Shown in pieces: positions 9,761 through 21,100 of a stretch of 64,000 bases of DNA (positions are counted from its first letter, which is position 1; the number at the start of each line of letters is the position of its first letter). A model generated the notes under the pieces. That model worked only from the letters and a program-made list of their open reading frames with translations, was not told the origin of the DNA and did not search any database. This stretch comes from an uncultured Gammaproteobacteria bacterium (GTDB taxonomy: Bacteria; Patescibacteriota; Microgenomatia; Levybacterales; GWA1-39-11), in contig CAYPEN010000002.1 in the NCBI GenBank assembly GCA_964409875.1, positions 65,067 to 129,066 of the forward strand, in the 5' to 3' direction. Position numbers and translations under genes: made by a program.

Positions 9761-10906
9761 CTAGTGAAGGAAGCTTAATGGGTCGTAGAAGTTGCCGCCG
9801 GAACGGACTTCGAAATGCAGATGAGGTCCGGTAGTTCTACCCGTCAGGCCCACCCAACCTACCACGGTTGAGCCTGCTGTTACTCTTTGTCCCGAGGACA
9901 CATTGAGCGAGCTCATGTGCGCGTAAAGGGTCTGATATCCGTTGTCTCCTGAAATTATGACATGGGTTCCATACCCATAATTCCAGCCTCCTGCAATAGC
10001 TTCACTGACCACTCCTGATTGAGCAGCCACCACGGGAGTTCCGAGAGGCGCACCAAGGTCAACCGCCTTGTGGTACCAGCTGAAGTACTGGTTCATAGTA
10101 CCCTGTACCGGCCATGAGAATCCGGCTCCGCTTACAGCCCTTGGGCTTGTCGTGGTTGGTCCACGTCGGGCGATATATACAGGAGCCGCTTGAGGCTGAA
10201 CCCCGTCAGGCACGATAATAGTCTGGCCTACCACCAATGAGAACGTTTGAGGGTCGGCAAAGTCGTTGAAAGGGAAATCGACTATCGCCTGCGGATTTGA
10301 ACTGTATTTTTTGGCAATGGTATAAATTGTGTCGCCTGAAGCTACTTTGTGTGCGATTCCGGTCACAGGAAGGATTTTAAGTGAATCCCCCACCGTAATA
10401 CTGTCATCGCTGAGGTCATTTTCCCACTTAATTGTGTCTTCTGAAATACCATATTTCTTGGCAATTCCAGACAATGTATCACCTTTTTGGACAGTGTAAC
10501 TGATAATTTCTGAGCGTGGTTTTTCAGACAGTTGCGTTTGAAATACATCCTGCGGTGCAATACTTTGCTTCTGGTCAGTAAGATCTTGGGCAAAAGAAAG
10601 GAGATTTTGGTTCTTGGAGAACGGATTTTGTTCCGTAATAAGAGGAGAGATGAGCACACCAAAGGACAATACGGCCATAGCCGAAACGTGCAGAAAGAAC
10701 CGGTTTCTCTTCCCTCGCTTGATAAGGATTGATTTAACAACGGTATTTTTATTCTTCTCAAAGATATTGGAGAAGAACATTACTTTATCTTTTGAATATG
10801 AGGATAAAAATAGCAGAAAACTTCCAAATTCACTCCTCAAATAATGCAATGTCTGAAAAATACCTTGAAGTTTTGAATGTTGGAAAAATCGAGGCAATCT
10901 ACCCAT
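9761..10906 (-). CDS. LysM-domain M23 family peptidoglycan endopeptidase (start uncertain, ORF is open to 10954)
   Basis: Two LysM domains (YTVQKGDTLSGIAKKYG, HKVASGDTIYTIAKKY) and M23 motifs HKAVD, YAHM and TGPHLHFEV. Confidence 0.92.
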   Translation of the reverse strand: MGRLPRFFQHSKLQGIFQTLHYLRSEFGSFLLFLSSYSKDKVMFFSNIFEKNKNTVVKSILIKRGKRNRFFLHVSAMAVLSFGVLISPLITEQNPFSKNQNLLSFAQDLTDQKQSIAPQDVFQTQLSEKPRSEIISYTVQKGDTLSGIAKKYGISEDTIKWENDLSDDSITVGDSLKILPVTGIAHKVASGDTIYTIAKKYSSNPQAIVDFPFNDFADPQTFSLVVGQTIIVPDGVQPQAAPVYIARRGPTTTSPRAVSGAGFSWPVQGTMNQYFSWYHKAVDLGAPLGTPVVAAQSGVVSEAIAGGWNYGYGTHVIISGDNGYQTLYAHMSSLNVSSGQRVTAGSTVVGWVGLTGRTTGPHLHFEVRSGGNFYDPLSFLH

Positions 10907-11064
10907 GGTAAACCCGTGCTTTACAGGACGCATATGAAGATTCAAGTGTACCAAATGAGTAATAATTTAGCAAGAAATGAGGCACTGAGCGTAGACAAGA
11001 TTGACTACCCTGTTCTTTTCTTTTTCCGCAGGAAAATGAAAATCATCTACTAATGAAGTCTAGC

Positions 11065-12291
11065 TTACTCTTTCCCGAGGCCGTTGAGGAAGTCTTCGTT
11101 AGTATCGGTCTGTGAAAGGCGTTCGATAAGTATCTGGGTGCGCTCATCCGGACCCAAAACATCCATCATACGCCGCATAGTCGAAATCTTCTTATAATTC
11201 TTCTCGTCAAGCAAAAGCTCTTCTTTTCTCGTGCCAGACCGCTCAATATTAATAGACGGGAAGATACGTCTTTCGGCAAGTCTTCTATCCAAATGCAGCT
11301 CCATATTCCCTGTTCCTTTGAACTCTTCATATATAAGGTCGTCCATGCGGCTTCCCGTATCCACAAGCGCGGTACCGATAACTGTAAGCGACCCACCTTC
11401 TTCACAATTTCTGGCGGCTCCAAAGAAACGTTTTGCAGGCCAGAGAGCTGCAGGGTCAAATCCTCCGGTCAAAGTCCTTCCTGAAGGCTCAATTGAGAGA
11501 TTGTAGGCACGCGCAAGACGGGTAATTGAATCCAGAAGGATGACAACATCCTCTCCCTGTTCTACCAGTCTTTTTGCCCTATCCAATGCAATTTCGGCTG
11601 CGTTTGTTTGAGCCTCCGGCGGCTCGTCAAAATTTGAGGCTACGACCTCACCTTTAACAGAACGTGAAATGTCAGTTACCTCTTCAGGCCTCTCTCCGAT
11701 AAGACATGCCATAAGATGCACTTTAGGGAAGTTCTCGGCAATTCCTGCTGCAATATCTTTAAGGATGGTTGTTTTCCCGGCCTTAGGTGGAGAAACTATC
11801 ATACCTCTTTGCCCAAAACCGATAGGAGACACGATGTCTATAATGCGGGTCGAAAGAGGGTTCTTCTTTGTAGATAGAACGAGCTGTTTGTTGGGGTAAA
11901 TCGGGGTTAAGTCCTCGAAATAGACCCTCTTCACCCCTTCTCTTGCCTCTTTACCGTTGATTTTTTCTATCTTAAGTAGTCCGTAATACCGCTCGTTGTC
12001 TTTTGGCGGGCGGCCAAGACCTTCAACAAAATCTCCATTCCGAAGCCAAAAACGCCGTATTTGGGAAGAGGAGATGTAAATATCACGCTCTGATGGCCTA
12101 AATTTTGGGCGGAGGAACCCATGACCTTCAGGCTTAATATCAAGAATGCCTGCAACTACCTCAGTTGCCTGGTCGGGCGTCCGGGAGCGCATGTTCTGCT
12201 CATACTCCCTTCCCTCTTGCATAGGAGGGGCGTCTACGCTCTGTGGCGCATCTACTATTTCTACATCGGAAGTTTTCTTAGTTGGACTCAT
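11065..12291 (-). CDS. rho: Transcription termination factor Rho
   Basis: GHGFLR, DIYISSSQIRRF, PPKAGKT, LIGERPEEVTD and EEFKGTGNMELHL motifs; likely start is MSPTKK at 12291. Confidence 0.97.
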   Translation of the reverse strand: MSPTKKTSDVEIVDAPQSVDAPPMQEGREYEQNMRSRTPDQATEVVAGILDIKPEGHGFLRPKFRPSERDIYISSSQIRRFWLRNGDFVEGLGRPPKDNERYYGLLKIEKINGKEAREGVKRVYFEDLTPIYPNKQLVLSTKKNPLSTRIIDIVSPIGFGQRGMIVSPPKAGKTTILKDIAAGIAENFPKVHLMACLIGERPEEVTDISRSVKGEVVASNFDEPPEAQTNAAEIALDRAKRLVEQGEDVVILLDSITRLARAYNLSIEPSGRTLTGGFDPAALWPAKRFFGAARNCEEGGSLTVIGTALVDTGSRMDDLIYEEFKGTGNMELHLDRRLAERRIFPSINIERSGTRKEELLLDEKNYKKISTMRRMMDVLGPDERTQILIERLSQTDTNEDFLNGLGKE

Positions 12292-12674
12292 ACAAAAAAT
12301 GAGGTTAAAAAGGTAATGGAAAAAAAGCAAAGCGCAAATACTAACTCTGTCTTTTCTGCGTTTGCCCTATTATTAAATCATGCACCCTCACAATTGTCAA
12401 CAAACAGTTTTTTCCCATTCAAGTCATTTAGGAGCGTTTTCTTACAATTCTCATATTTCCTTCATATAAATTGGGTCCAAACTAAGTTTGCCAGTTCAAA
12501 TTGGCATTATGACCTATAATATTAATTCTTACATAAAACTATAAGTCATATATGGAACGTGCAAGTTACATTAATTATGAACAGTTTGTGTCCTATAGCA
12601 CTTGACATCGGGAAATGCTTTTGGTATACTCCCAAAATCAAATTGATTCCCGCAGGGAACAAAAGAAATTATTT

Positions 12675-13364
12675 ATGAATTTTAAGAAAACTATAATTAC
12701 TGCACTCGTAACGGGGGCCTTCTTGGCAACTGCGGGAGTTGCAAATGCTTCAGGAAGCAATTGCCAAATCATCTACGGAGGAGGCGAAGTTTGCAACAAC
12801 AATATCCAATTCTCCATTAACAAAATGGTAGGTATTCCGAATACCTCAAATTTCACTGATAATCTTTCAATAAATGATTCGAAATACAGTGCAGGACAAA
12901 CAATTCCTTTTAAAATTATCGTTACCAATACCGGAAGCAATAAAATCGGACACATCAAAGTAACCGATACCCTTCCCCAATATCTTACCTGGATTTCAGG
13001 GGACGGTTCATGGAATGCAGATGCAAGAACTATCACCTTTGACATCAACAACCTTGATGCCTCCCGCGCACAACAATTTGTGATTAATGCGAAGGTCGTT
13101 GACAATAATCAATTACCAAATCAGTCAGCCGTCTGTGTAACCAACCAAGTTAATGCATTTGAAGATAGTGGGGTTACAGCTGCAGATTCATCACAAGTGT
13201 GTATTACCCGTGAGATTGTAAGCACTAACCCAACTCCTGAGGTTATCAATACTGTTCCCCCAAAGAAAATCCCAAATACCGGTCCTGAAATGCTTCCGCT
13301 CCTAGGTCTTATCCCGGCTGGAATTGCAGGGTTTACCTTGAGGAGAAAATCAAAACTCGGCTAA
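12675..13364 (+). CDS. Secreted DUF11-like surface protein with an LPXTG-like (IPNTG) C-terminal sorting signal
   Basis: Signal peptide ending ANA, the DUF11-like motif VTNTG...VTDTLP, and C-terminal IPNTG followed by a hydrophobic stretch and RRKSK. Confidence 0.75.
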   Translation: MNFKKTIITALVTGAFLATAGVANASGSNCQIIYGGGEVCNNNIQFSINKMVGIPNTSNFTDNLSINDSKYSAGQTIPFKIIVTNTGSNKIGHIKVTDTLPQYLTWISGDGSWNADARTITFDINNLDASRAQQFVINAKVVDNNQLPNQSAVCVTNQVNAFEDSGVTAADSSQVCITREIVSTNPTPEVINTVPPKKIPNTGPEMLPLLGLIPAGIAGFTLRRKSKLG

Positions 13365-13706
13365 CACAGCTCTTTGAGGTTAGAGAAGGCAGCTTTTCTC
13401 ACAATACCACCCCCTCCCCACCCATTTCCTACATAAAAAGCTACTTTCCCTAATCTTAGAAATTAAGACTAGGCCCTTTTGCGGATGAATATGCCGTTTT
13501 GCTGGCATTGTAGTCCAAAAAGGATGTGTTCTTTGACAAGGTATACAGAAAAATTTTGCGTTTGTGAAAGGCATGTGCCGGGCACAGCGTACCATGAGTA
13601 ATAAGCTGCCATGGTGCGCGCTGTCCGGTACTTGCCAAATTTACAATCGCAGGAGGAAAAAAAGCGATTTTGGCAAATAGCTAATGTATCGGAGGAGGCA
13701 ACTCTC

Positions 13707-14141
13707 ATGGATTTGACCTGGCAACAGGTCAGTAAGTGGGCGTACAACACGACCGACTACGGCGAAACGTCACTTGCCGCTCTCGAGTGGCAACTGCCCG
13801 TTGTGGGCATGAACGGTGACCAAGTTCGTGAAGAGGTCCAGTTGCACGTCTCCAGGCAGTCTGTTGCATACGGCCTTCAAGCCGTGGCAGATGTGCCCCA
13901 GAACCTGAAGGAGGTCATCGAACCGTACTTCAGGCCGCAACCAAGGCCTCAGCAGGCCGTGCGGGCTGTTGCAGGCCCCAAGACCCAGGCGGCTCAAGCC
14001 GCCAACCAGGCCCCTGCAACCGCGGGTGGCAGGCCCAGCTTCTGGTCCAGCCCTTGGGGCTACCTGAAGTACATCCCGCCCCCCACGGACGGGAACGACC
14101 ATTCCAGCAGGTTCGTCCGCTGGTTCAAGGCAGACTTTTAG
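13707..14141 (+). CDS. Hypothetical protein in GC-rich island
   Basis: GGAGGAGG Shine-Dalgarno at 13691-13698 before ATG 13707; GC-rich codon usage. Confidence 0.65.
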   Translation: MDLTWQQVSKWAYNTTDYGETSLAALEWQLPVVGMNGDQVREEVQLHVSRQSVAYGLQAVADVPQNLKEVIEPYFRPQPRPQQAVRAVAGPKTQAAQAANQAPATAGGRPSFWSSPWGYLKYIPPPTDGNDHSSRFVRWFKADF

Positions 14142-14148
14142 GAAAACC

Positions 14149-15036
14149 ATGTTCAAATCCATCGTCATCGTCGTTCTCTCCATCTTCCTCGTTGTTGCCA
14201 TCTGGCGTAACGTCATTGGCAGCGACGACAACGCGAAGGCCCAAGGGGTTCCCCCGACGGCCACCGCAACCACCGATACCGGGAAGGCACCGGCTTACAC
14301 GCCGACACCTGTTCCCGCCCAGCCGACCGCGGCGCCGTCCCAGGCTACAGCAAGCGCTGCATGCCCCACAGACGGCCAGATGCAGGCCATGTTCGGGTTC
14401 GACAAGATGAACCCGCCCATCAAGCCCGTCTTCAGCGGCCAAAACGTCGCGTGGGAACCATGCAAATGGTCCCTGCAGTGGACCGGCCCGGGTACCCTTC
14501 CGCTCACGATGCTTGGTAACTGGCAATTCACCTCTACCATGGCCGACGATTCCGTCGTCGTCTGGTACGGTGATGCTCAGGTTCGAAACGTGAAGGGCGC
14601 AACCATCAGGTACACGCCAGCCTACGTCGGCAACGCCGGCAGCTGGGTAACCGACGGCTGCACGCTGTTGACCAAGGAGAACGATTTCGGCCACGGCCGG
14701 AATCCCTCCTACGACACCGTCAATGGGAACGTCTGTAACGGCGGCAAGAGCCAACCGGCTCTGATGTCGACGACGTCCTCCGGCACTCAGCCGGCCACAG
14801 CCAACCAGTGCCCCACAACTGCCGCTCAAGCAGCATCGCTTCTGAGCGGAGGCGTCGGCAACTGGACGGACCTGGGTTCCGATTCCGGGACCCACAAGTG
14901 GAAGTTCAACGTCGCCGGCCAGGCCGATGCGACGCTGCACTATCCGGGGTTCGGATCTTTCGACCACTGGTCGAAGGGCAATGGCTTCCGCGGGGACATC
15001 CCCGGAGCCACAGACGCGACGTTCAACTGCAGCTAG
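14149..15036 (+). CDS. Membrane-anchored or secreted Cys-containing protein with two related domains (GC-rich island)
   Basis: N-terminal hydrophobic helix, Pro/Thr/Ala linkers and two CPT...KW...GD...AT modules. Confidence 0.75.
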   Translation: MFKSIVIVVLSIFLVVAIWRNVIGSDDNAKAQGVPPTATATTDTGKAPAYTPTPVPAQPTAAPSQATASAACPTDGQMQAMFGFDKMNPPIKPVFSGQNVAWEPCKWSLQWTGPGTLPLTMLGNWQFTSTMADDSVVVWYGDAQVRNVKGATIRYTPAYVGNAGSWVTDGCTLLTKENDFGHGRNPSYDTVNGNVCNGGKSQPALMSTTSSGTQPATANQCPTTAAQAASLLSGGVGNWTDLGSDSGTHKWKFNVAGQADATLHYPGFGSFDHWSKGNGFRGDIPGATDATFNCS

Positions 15037-15085
15037 ACTCCCTGGAGGCAACTCCATGGAGAGATTGCTACGATCGCCACCTTTT

Positions 15086-15116
15086 GGAGGGGGTCCGGCT
15101 CCGCCGGAACCCCTCC
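15086..15116 (+). terminator. GC-rich hairpin closing the GC island
   Basis: GGAGGGGGTCCGG / CCGGAACCCCTCC inverted repeat, with no clear U-tract. Confidence 0.45.
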
Positions 15117-15184
15117 TCCCCTACGGGGGAAAACTGTATACCTTGTCTTACCAAAAAAATTGCAAAAAAAGAATTGATTATTAT

Positions 15185-16450
15185 ATGAATAAACAAAAAG
15201 TTATTGTTATTTCGAGCTATCCTTCGAAAGAGCATATTCACGATAGCTACGTAGGAGGTGTGGCTTCGTATGCCAAAAATACACTTTTATCTATTAAAAA
15301 GATTAAGGAATCAACAAAGCTCGACATTACTGTTCTTGCCGACAGAGTAAATCAGCACACGGATTACATTCAAAAAAATATTAGAGTGAAAAGGATATGG
15401 AAAAAAAGCTCGCCCGTTACGTTTATTAGACTTGCGAAAGAAATCTTTTTTAAAGAGCACACTGCTAAATCCGTCATTATAGAATTTGAACATCAAATGT
15501 TCGGAGGGCCCCTTAATTTACTTCCGCTCCCCTTTTTTGTAATGGCGTTAAGACTATCAGGCAAGCGGGTCATTGTTGTTTGTCATCAAGTAATTCCTGA
15601 TATGAACGAAATTGGCCCGCATATTAATGTGCAAATTAAATCGTCAAAAGCGGTAATAATGAATATAATGTTAGGATTATTTTATCGGCTGCTTTTGATT
15701 TCATGCAGTAAGATAATTGTGTTTGAAGACAACCTAAAACAGCGGTTAGGAAAATACGGCAATAAGAAAAAAATAGTTACTATTGCCCATGGAGTCCAAC
15801 AATTTCCAGCAAAACCTACTATGTTTGAGGCTAGAAAAAATCTGGGAATTCTAGAGGATAAATTTGTAATCCTTTTGTTTGGATTCATAGGCTGGTATAA
15901 AGGTACCGATTGGGCAATTGACGCCATTAAAAAAATAAAAAATGAGAAGAAAAACAAAAATTTTGAACTTATTATTGCCGGCGGGCCAAATCCCAATCTT
16001 GAAGAAAAAAAACATTATGCCCAATATATTCAGAACATTAAAGACCACTGCCTCGAAAACGGCATCAGAATTACCGGATTTGTCGCAGAAAAAGATATTC
16101 CGCTTTATTATTCAGCGGCTGACCTTGTAGTCTTTCCTTACCGTTCATTTATGTCAGCAAGTGGTCCTCTTTCGCTTGCAATGTCATTTGGCAAACCCTT
16201 CCTTCTCTCTCCAAAATTAAAACCTGTTATTGGCATGAAAGATTTTCAGACAGAGATGAAAAAGCTGCGCATCAAAGAAGAAGACATGCATTTTACCGAT
16301 TTTAATGGTGACTTTTCAAAGAAGCTAAGCAGACTTGAAAAGAATATGCAATTAAGAGAGAGAATATCGATGTTGTCTACAAAAATACAAAAAAAGAGAA
16401 GCTGGGATATCATCGGAACCCAATACTACAATGAAATCGTCAATCAATAA
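15185..16450 (+). CDS. GT4 family glycosyltransferase
   Basis: GGVASY, FGFIGWYKG, ADLVVFPY and SGPLSLAMSFGKP motifs; likely start is MNKQKVIVI at 15185. Confidence 0.9.
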   Translation: MNKQKVIVISSYPSKEHIHDSYVGGVASYAKNTLLSIKKIKESTKLDITVLADRVNQHTDYIQKNIRVKRIWKKSSPVTFIRLAKEIFFKEHTAKSVIIEFEHQMFGGPLNLLPLPFFVMALRLSGKRVIVVCHQVIPDMNEIGPHINVQIKSSKAVIMNIMLGLFYRLLLISCSKIIVFEDNLKQRLGKYGNKKKIVTIAHGVQQFPAKPTMFEARKNLGILEDKFVILLFGFIGWYKGTDWAIDAIKKIKNEKKNKNFELIIAGGPNPNLEEKKHYAQYIQNIKDHCLENGIRITGFVAEKDIPLYYSAADLVVFPYRSFMSASGPLSLAMSFGKPFLLSPKLKPVIGMKDFQTEMKKLRIKEEDMHFTDFNGDFSKKLSRLEKNMQLRERISMLSTKIQKKRSWDIIGTQYYNEIVNQ

Positions 16451-16452
16451 CC

Positions 16453-18153
16453 ATGAAAAAATTCTATCATTGGATAATTCTTGCAATTGCATTTCTTAGC
16501 ATATTTTACCTGATTTTCCGTGCCCCGGTTCTCAATTATGGTGGTGATATCGCAGAATATCACGGTATAACTGAAACAATTATCAAGAGTCGAAGCCTCG
16601 CATTGACACCGACAGCAGAATATAATTTAAGAACATACCTTCCTTCTGCTTATTTTGACAATCCGGGCTACTATAATACCGGGGTTGACGGAATGCGTTA
16701 CCCGGTGCATTTCATTCTTTATTCACTGCTCTCTATTCCAACCAGACTTGTTTTACATCTCTTTTCAATTAATGAGTTGCAAACACTCCGGCTTACAAAT
16801 GTTTTATTCTTGGGAATTACAATGTTCTTCCTTTTTAGATATGTTGTGTTTAACGACTTTAAAAGGCTTATTTTGCTCTTAACACTTCTCCTTTCCCCTT
16901 TTGTATTCTTTCTTTCCTGGCCAGGACCTGACGCATTTTATCTCCTCTTGTTGCTTACCGCTTGTCTTACTTTTCTGAAAAAACAGTACATTACAGCAGG
17001 AATTATTACTGCAATTGCCTCCCTCCAAAGCCAACCCCTCACCCTTCTTGCGCTTCTTATAGCCGGATACGCTATGTTCGTGCACCTTGTTAAGCCGAAA
17101 AGTGCTATATCTCTTAAAAAGCATGGAGAAACTATATTGAAAATCGGAATAATCCCTTTTATTTTGGCTATTCCCGTTGTTTATAACTTGCTATATTTTG
17201 GAGTAGTAAGTCCATGGACGAAGTTTCAAGACGGTTGGACTATCTTAAATGGATTCGGTTTACAAAATCTTTCACTCCAAAAACTATTCGAGCAATTCTT
17301 CGACCTCAATTATGGCCTCTCTTTTTATGCTCCCGTGCTTATTGTGACCGGGTTTTATTTTTTATGGAAATTCAAACGCAATAGAGATGTTGTTTTTCTA
17401 TTTTTGTCGTTTCTACTGACTGCTTTTTTCTATCAGACCAATCCTGCATGGCATTACGGCACAGCCGGTTATGGCCCTTCCAGACATGCTATATTTCTGC
17501 TTCCATTGTTTATCGTTTTTTTCGTATTTACCATTCAAAGATCGTGGAAGCACTATATTCTACTTGCCACCTTTGTATTACTACAAATTCCAATTCTTTA
17601 CATGAACGGATTTGTGAATCCTAATATCAATAACTCCCTGAAAAATAGCCCTATTGCCCAATTTGTTTTAGACCGATGGCCATATCTATATAATCCAACA
17701 CCTGAAATATTCGTAGACCGTACAAATCATACCGATCTGGATATTCCAACAAGCGCCGTATATAAAACCGGCAATTCTTGCAAAAAAGCGTATGTTTTAA
17801 TAACTGATATATCTGCTATTCAGGCTGAGTGTGGGAAGATTTCTTCTGCAAGTAAAGACCAGTTTGATGATGATTTTGCCAGAAAATCAAATGTCTACCG
17901 TACAACCAAAACAACTGTAGCAACGTTTTGGCCCGACCCCCAAAGCTGCGGAATCAATTACAAAGGTCCTTATATTTGCATGCGCAATACATCCGAATTC
18001 ACAAAACAAACAGGAGTTGCCATGTCTGAAAGAGTAAAAGATTTAGGAAACGGTGTTTGGAAAATTGATACAGGCACACCCGTAACCATTACCGTTCCGC
18101 CTGGCTACTTTATACAATATCATGCGCTCACAGGACATTACATCAATTTCTAA
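16453..18153 (+). CDS. Polytopic membrane protein, probable GT-C glycosyltransferase
   Basis: Multiple TM helices, acidic GDIAEY loop after TM1, and position in an operon with GT4. Confidence 0.6.
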   Translation: MKKFYHWIILAIAFLSIFYLIFRAPVLNYGGDIAEYHGITETIIKSRSLALTPTAEYNLRTYLPSAYFDNPGYYNTGVDGMRYPVHFILYSLLSIPTRLVLHLFSINELQTLRLTNVLFLGITMFFLFRYVVFNDFKRLILLLTLLLSPFVFFLSWPGPDAFYLLLLLTACLTFLKKQYITAGIITAIASLQSQPLTLLALLIAGYAMFVHLVKPKSAISLKKHGETILKIGIIPFILAIPVVYNLLYFGVVSPWTKFQDGWTILNGFGLQNLSLQKLFEQFFDLNYGLSFYAPVLIVTGFYFLWKFKRNRDVVFLFLSFLLTAFFYQTNPAWHYGTAGYGPSRHAIFLLPLFIVFFVFTIQRSWKHYILLATFVLLQIPILYMNGFVNPNINNSLKNSPIAQFVLDRWPYLYNPTPEIFVDRTNHTDLDIPTSAVYKTGNSCKKAYVLITDISAIQAECGKISSASKDQFDDDFARKSNVYRTTKTTVATFWPDPQSCGINYKGPYICMRNTSEFTKQTGVAMSERVKDLGNGVWKIDTGTPVTITVPPGYFIQYHALTGHYINF

Positions 18154-18154
18154 T

Positions 18155-21100
18155 ATGAAAAACTTCACAAAAAAACATATGTGGCTCTATTTCCTTAATT
18201 TCATTGTTATTGTGACAGCAATAATAAATTTTCCTGTTAACAAATATTTTATTGGATGGGATGCTTTGAACCCGGAATTTAATGTTCCCCTGAATGTTAT
18301 CCGCGCCATATTTCCTTTTTGGCAGAACAATTACGGCTTGGGAACGCTTACCGGCCACGGTTTTGCTGCAACATTACCTCATACATTAATAATTGGGCTA
18401 CTTTCCATTGTGCTACCTCAATGGTCTCTTCGCTCGTTTTTCACTTTCCTGTGTTTTTACTCTGGTGGAATCGGTATGTACTTTCTGGTTTCATACGTTC
18501 TAAGACGAATTGGAAGAGATATGGTATGGCTTTCTCAACTCATATCACCTATTGCTTTCATCAGTTCTCTTTTTTATCTGTTTAATCTTGGAACGATACA
18601 GGTATTCTATATTCAGCTTGAAGCCTTCATTGCTCAATTCGCAACACTCCCCTGGTTATTTTTGGCAGTATTTTTAGCTTTAGACAAAGGAAAGACAAAA
18701 CACTATTTATTGCTATTCCTAATAAGCCTATTTTCGAGCATTCAGGGATTTATCCCTTCGCTGTATATAGCGTATTTCACTATGCTTTTGATAACGCTTT
18801 GCGGATTTGCCTTTTCTCACAGAACAAAAGATTCGCTAGCAAGAACATTGAAGGTTTTATTTACAACGCTAGCTGCCAATCTCTATTGGCTCCTGCCGGT
18901 TGCTTATTTTCAACTGACACATGGTGCCGGTTTTTTGGAAGCATACAATAACCTTTCATCAACCCCTCACTTTATTGAGCTCAGCAAACAATATGGAAAT
19001 CTTGCTAATGTTGCTCTTTTAAAGAGCTATCTTTTTAGCTCATTTGAGCTCGGTGGATATATCCTTCAACCATACATAACACATCTTGCATCAAGCGTCG
19101 TACCAATTATCGGATACGGTATCTTTGCCTTAATTTGCTTTGGATTAGTTGCTTCGGTTATCAGATTTAAGAATTACTACACTCTTACTTTGGCCGCGTC
19201 GTTTCTCTATTTATTCTCAAGTCTTGCTATTGACACTTTCCCTTTTAACCTTCTAACAAAATTCCTACAAACCATTTCTCCAACTTACGAACAGGCATTT
19301 AGGACAACATTCACAAAATTCGGAATTGGTATGTCTTTTTTGTATTCTATCGAATTTGCTTTTGCCCTCTTTATGATTGCTTATTTTATCGGAAAAATAG
19401 GTAAAAAAATATCTTTTTATGCAATTTTTACCGTAATAGCTTTTGCTCTCATCTATTATTCCTGGCCATCCCTTTCCGGAAATCTTCTCTATAAAAAATT
19501 ACAAGTTAAAATCCCGCCTGCCTATTTTGATTTAATGGACCACATGAATTCAGACTCTGAAGGACGAATAGCTGACCTTCCCCAATATTGTACCAGTGGT
19601 TGGTATGCATATAATTGGGGCTATTTTGGCTCTGGATTTATGTGGTATGGAGTAAAACAACCGTTTCTTTCCCGTTCATTTGATGTCTGGAGCAATAATA
19701 ACGAAAACTATTATTGGGAATTATCACAGGATTTGAACTCAAAAAACTATAAGAAAGCTGCAGAAGTGTTGAATAAGTATCACGTTTCCTGGGTACTATA
19801 TGACCCTAATATCATAAGCTGCACATCGCCAAAAAATATATTAGTAAATAAAGATTTTGTTTCATATCTTACCTCAAGCAGCAACTTTTCGGTAGAAAAA
19901 ATATTCAGTAAGGGAGTCTATTCACCCATTCTCCTGCTGAGGAATAATGCAATGGCAGATACCAATTACTTTTCTTTAGAAAAAGACTTACCAAACATAG
20001 GTCCTTCTTCACAGTGGCTTGATTCTGATGAAGCAGCAGCTCCATACATTACAACATCGAAAGAAACCTATCAAACATATCTTCCCTTCCGCTCTCTGCT
20101 TACTAAAAGAGGTCCACAAAATGGTTCTAACCCTGCAATCTCCGTTCAGAATAATGAAGGGACGGTTACCACTGAATTACCTAAAATTGGGACATATCAA
20201 CTGCAAAGCAATAATTATGTATCTACTGAAAAAATGTTGCCTATTAAAATTTCACTACAAAAAAATGCAGATACAACAACAAATATCTTTCTCCAGCCGC
20301 TTTTTCCAATAGTAACCTTAAATGGTAAAGTACTCTCCTACCAAGCTCAAAAGTTATTAATTGGGATCATTTCAGCAGACGTGGAGCGGACACTGTCATT
20401 ATATGTAAATGGCCAAATTATAAAACCTACAAACAATAATTATTCCACAATGTTCTCAACTAATTCGGTCAATACTATTCAAATAACAAATGGTGAGAGC
20501 CTTCTTTACAGCTGGGAATCTTCAGATAATGTTTATCAAAATGAAATTAGTGCCTATGTCAAAGCTCAACCTTCAACAATTAATAATGGAGGGAGGCTAA
20601 CCGTAACTTTTCCTGTAATAACCGACAATGAATATTTTGGAATAAATCAAACTAATATTGCATCGATTGTTCCTGTACCGTGTAATGAAATCACACCGAC
20701 AAATAGAAATGTTTTTGAAGTTAATTCTGAGCCTGACAAACAATTTGTTCGGCTAATTTCACAAAATAGCTCTCAATGTATAAAGCTTTCCTCTCCTCAT
20801 ATATTTGATAACCAGGGCTATGTAATGAGTGTTTTGTCTGCTAATATTTCTGGAAATTTACCGCGCACCTCACTATACAACAATGGTAATCTCATATATT
20901 CAGACCTCACAACCGGAAAAAAAGGTTCGTTAACACAAACCGCGTATATCATCCCGCCATCTTCAGAGTCTGAAGTAGGATATGATTTTGAGTTTTTGAA
21001 TTCATCTCATACGAATGGCGTCAGTAAAAACGATTTTTATGGATTTTCGCTTTACCCTATTCCCTATAATTACCTCAAAAGTTTGAGGCTTATCCCTAAT

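Noticed and set aside
13770-15188. Long antisense and alternative-frame ORFs in the GC island, and the N-terminal extension of the GT4 ORF from 14927
   Set aside because: These are expected from stop-codon scarcity at high GC; the RBS, signal sequence and codon pattern favour the two + strand genes and a GT4 start at 15185.
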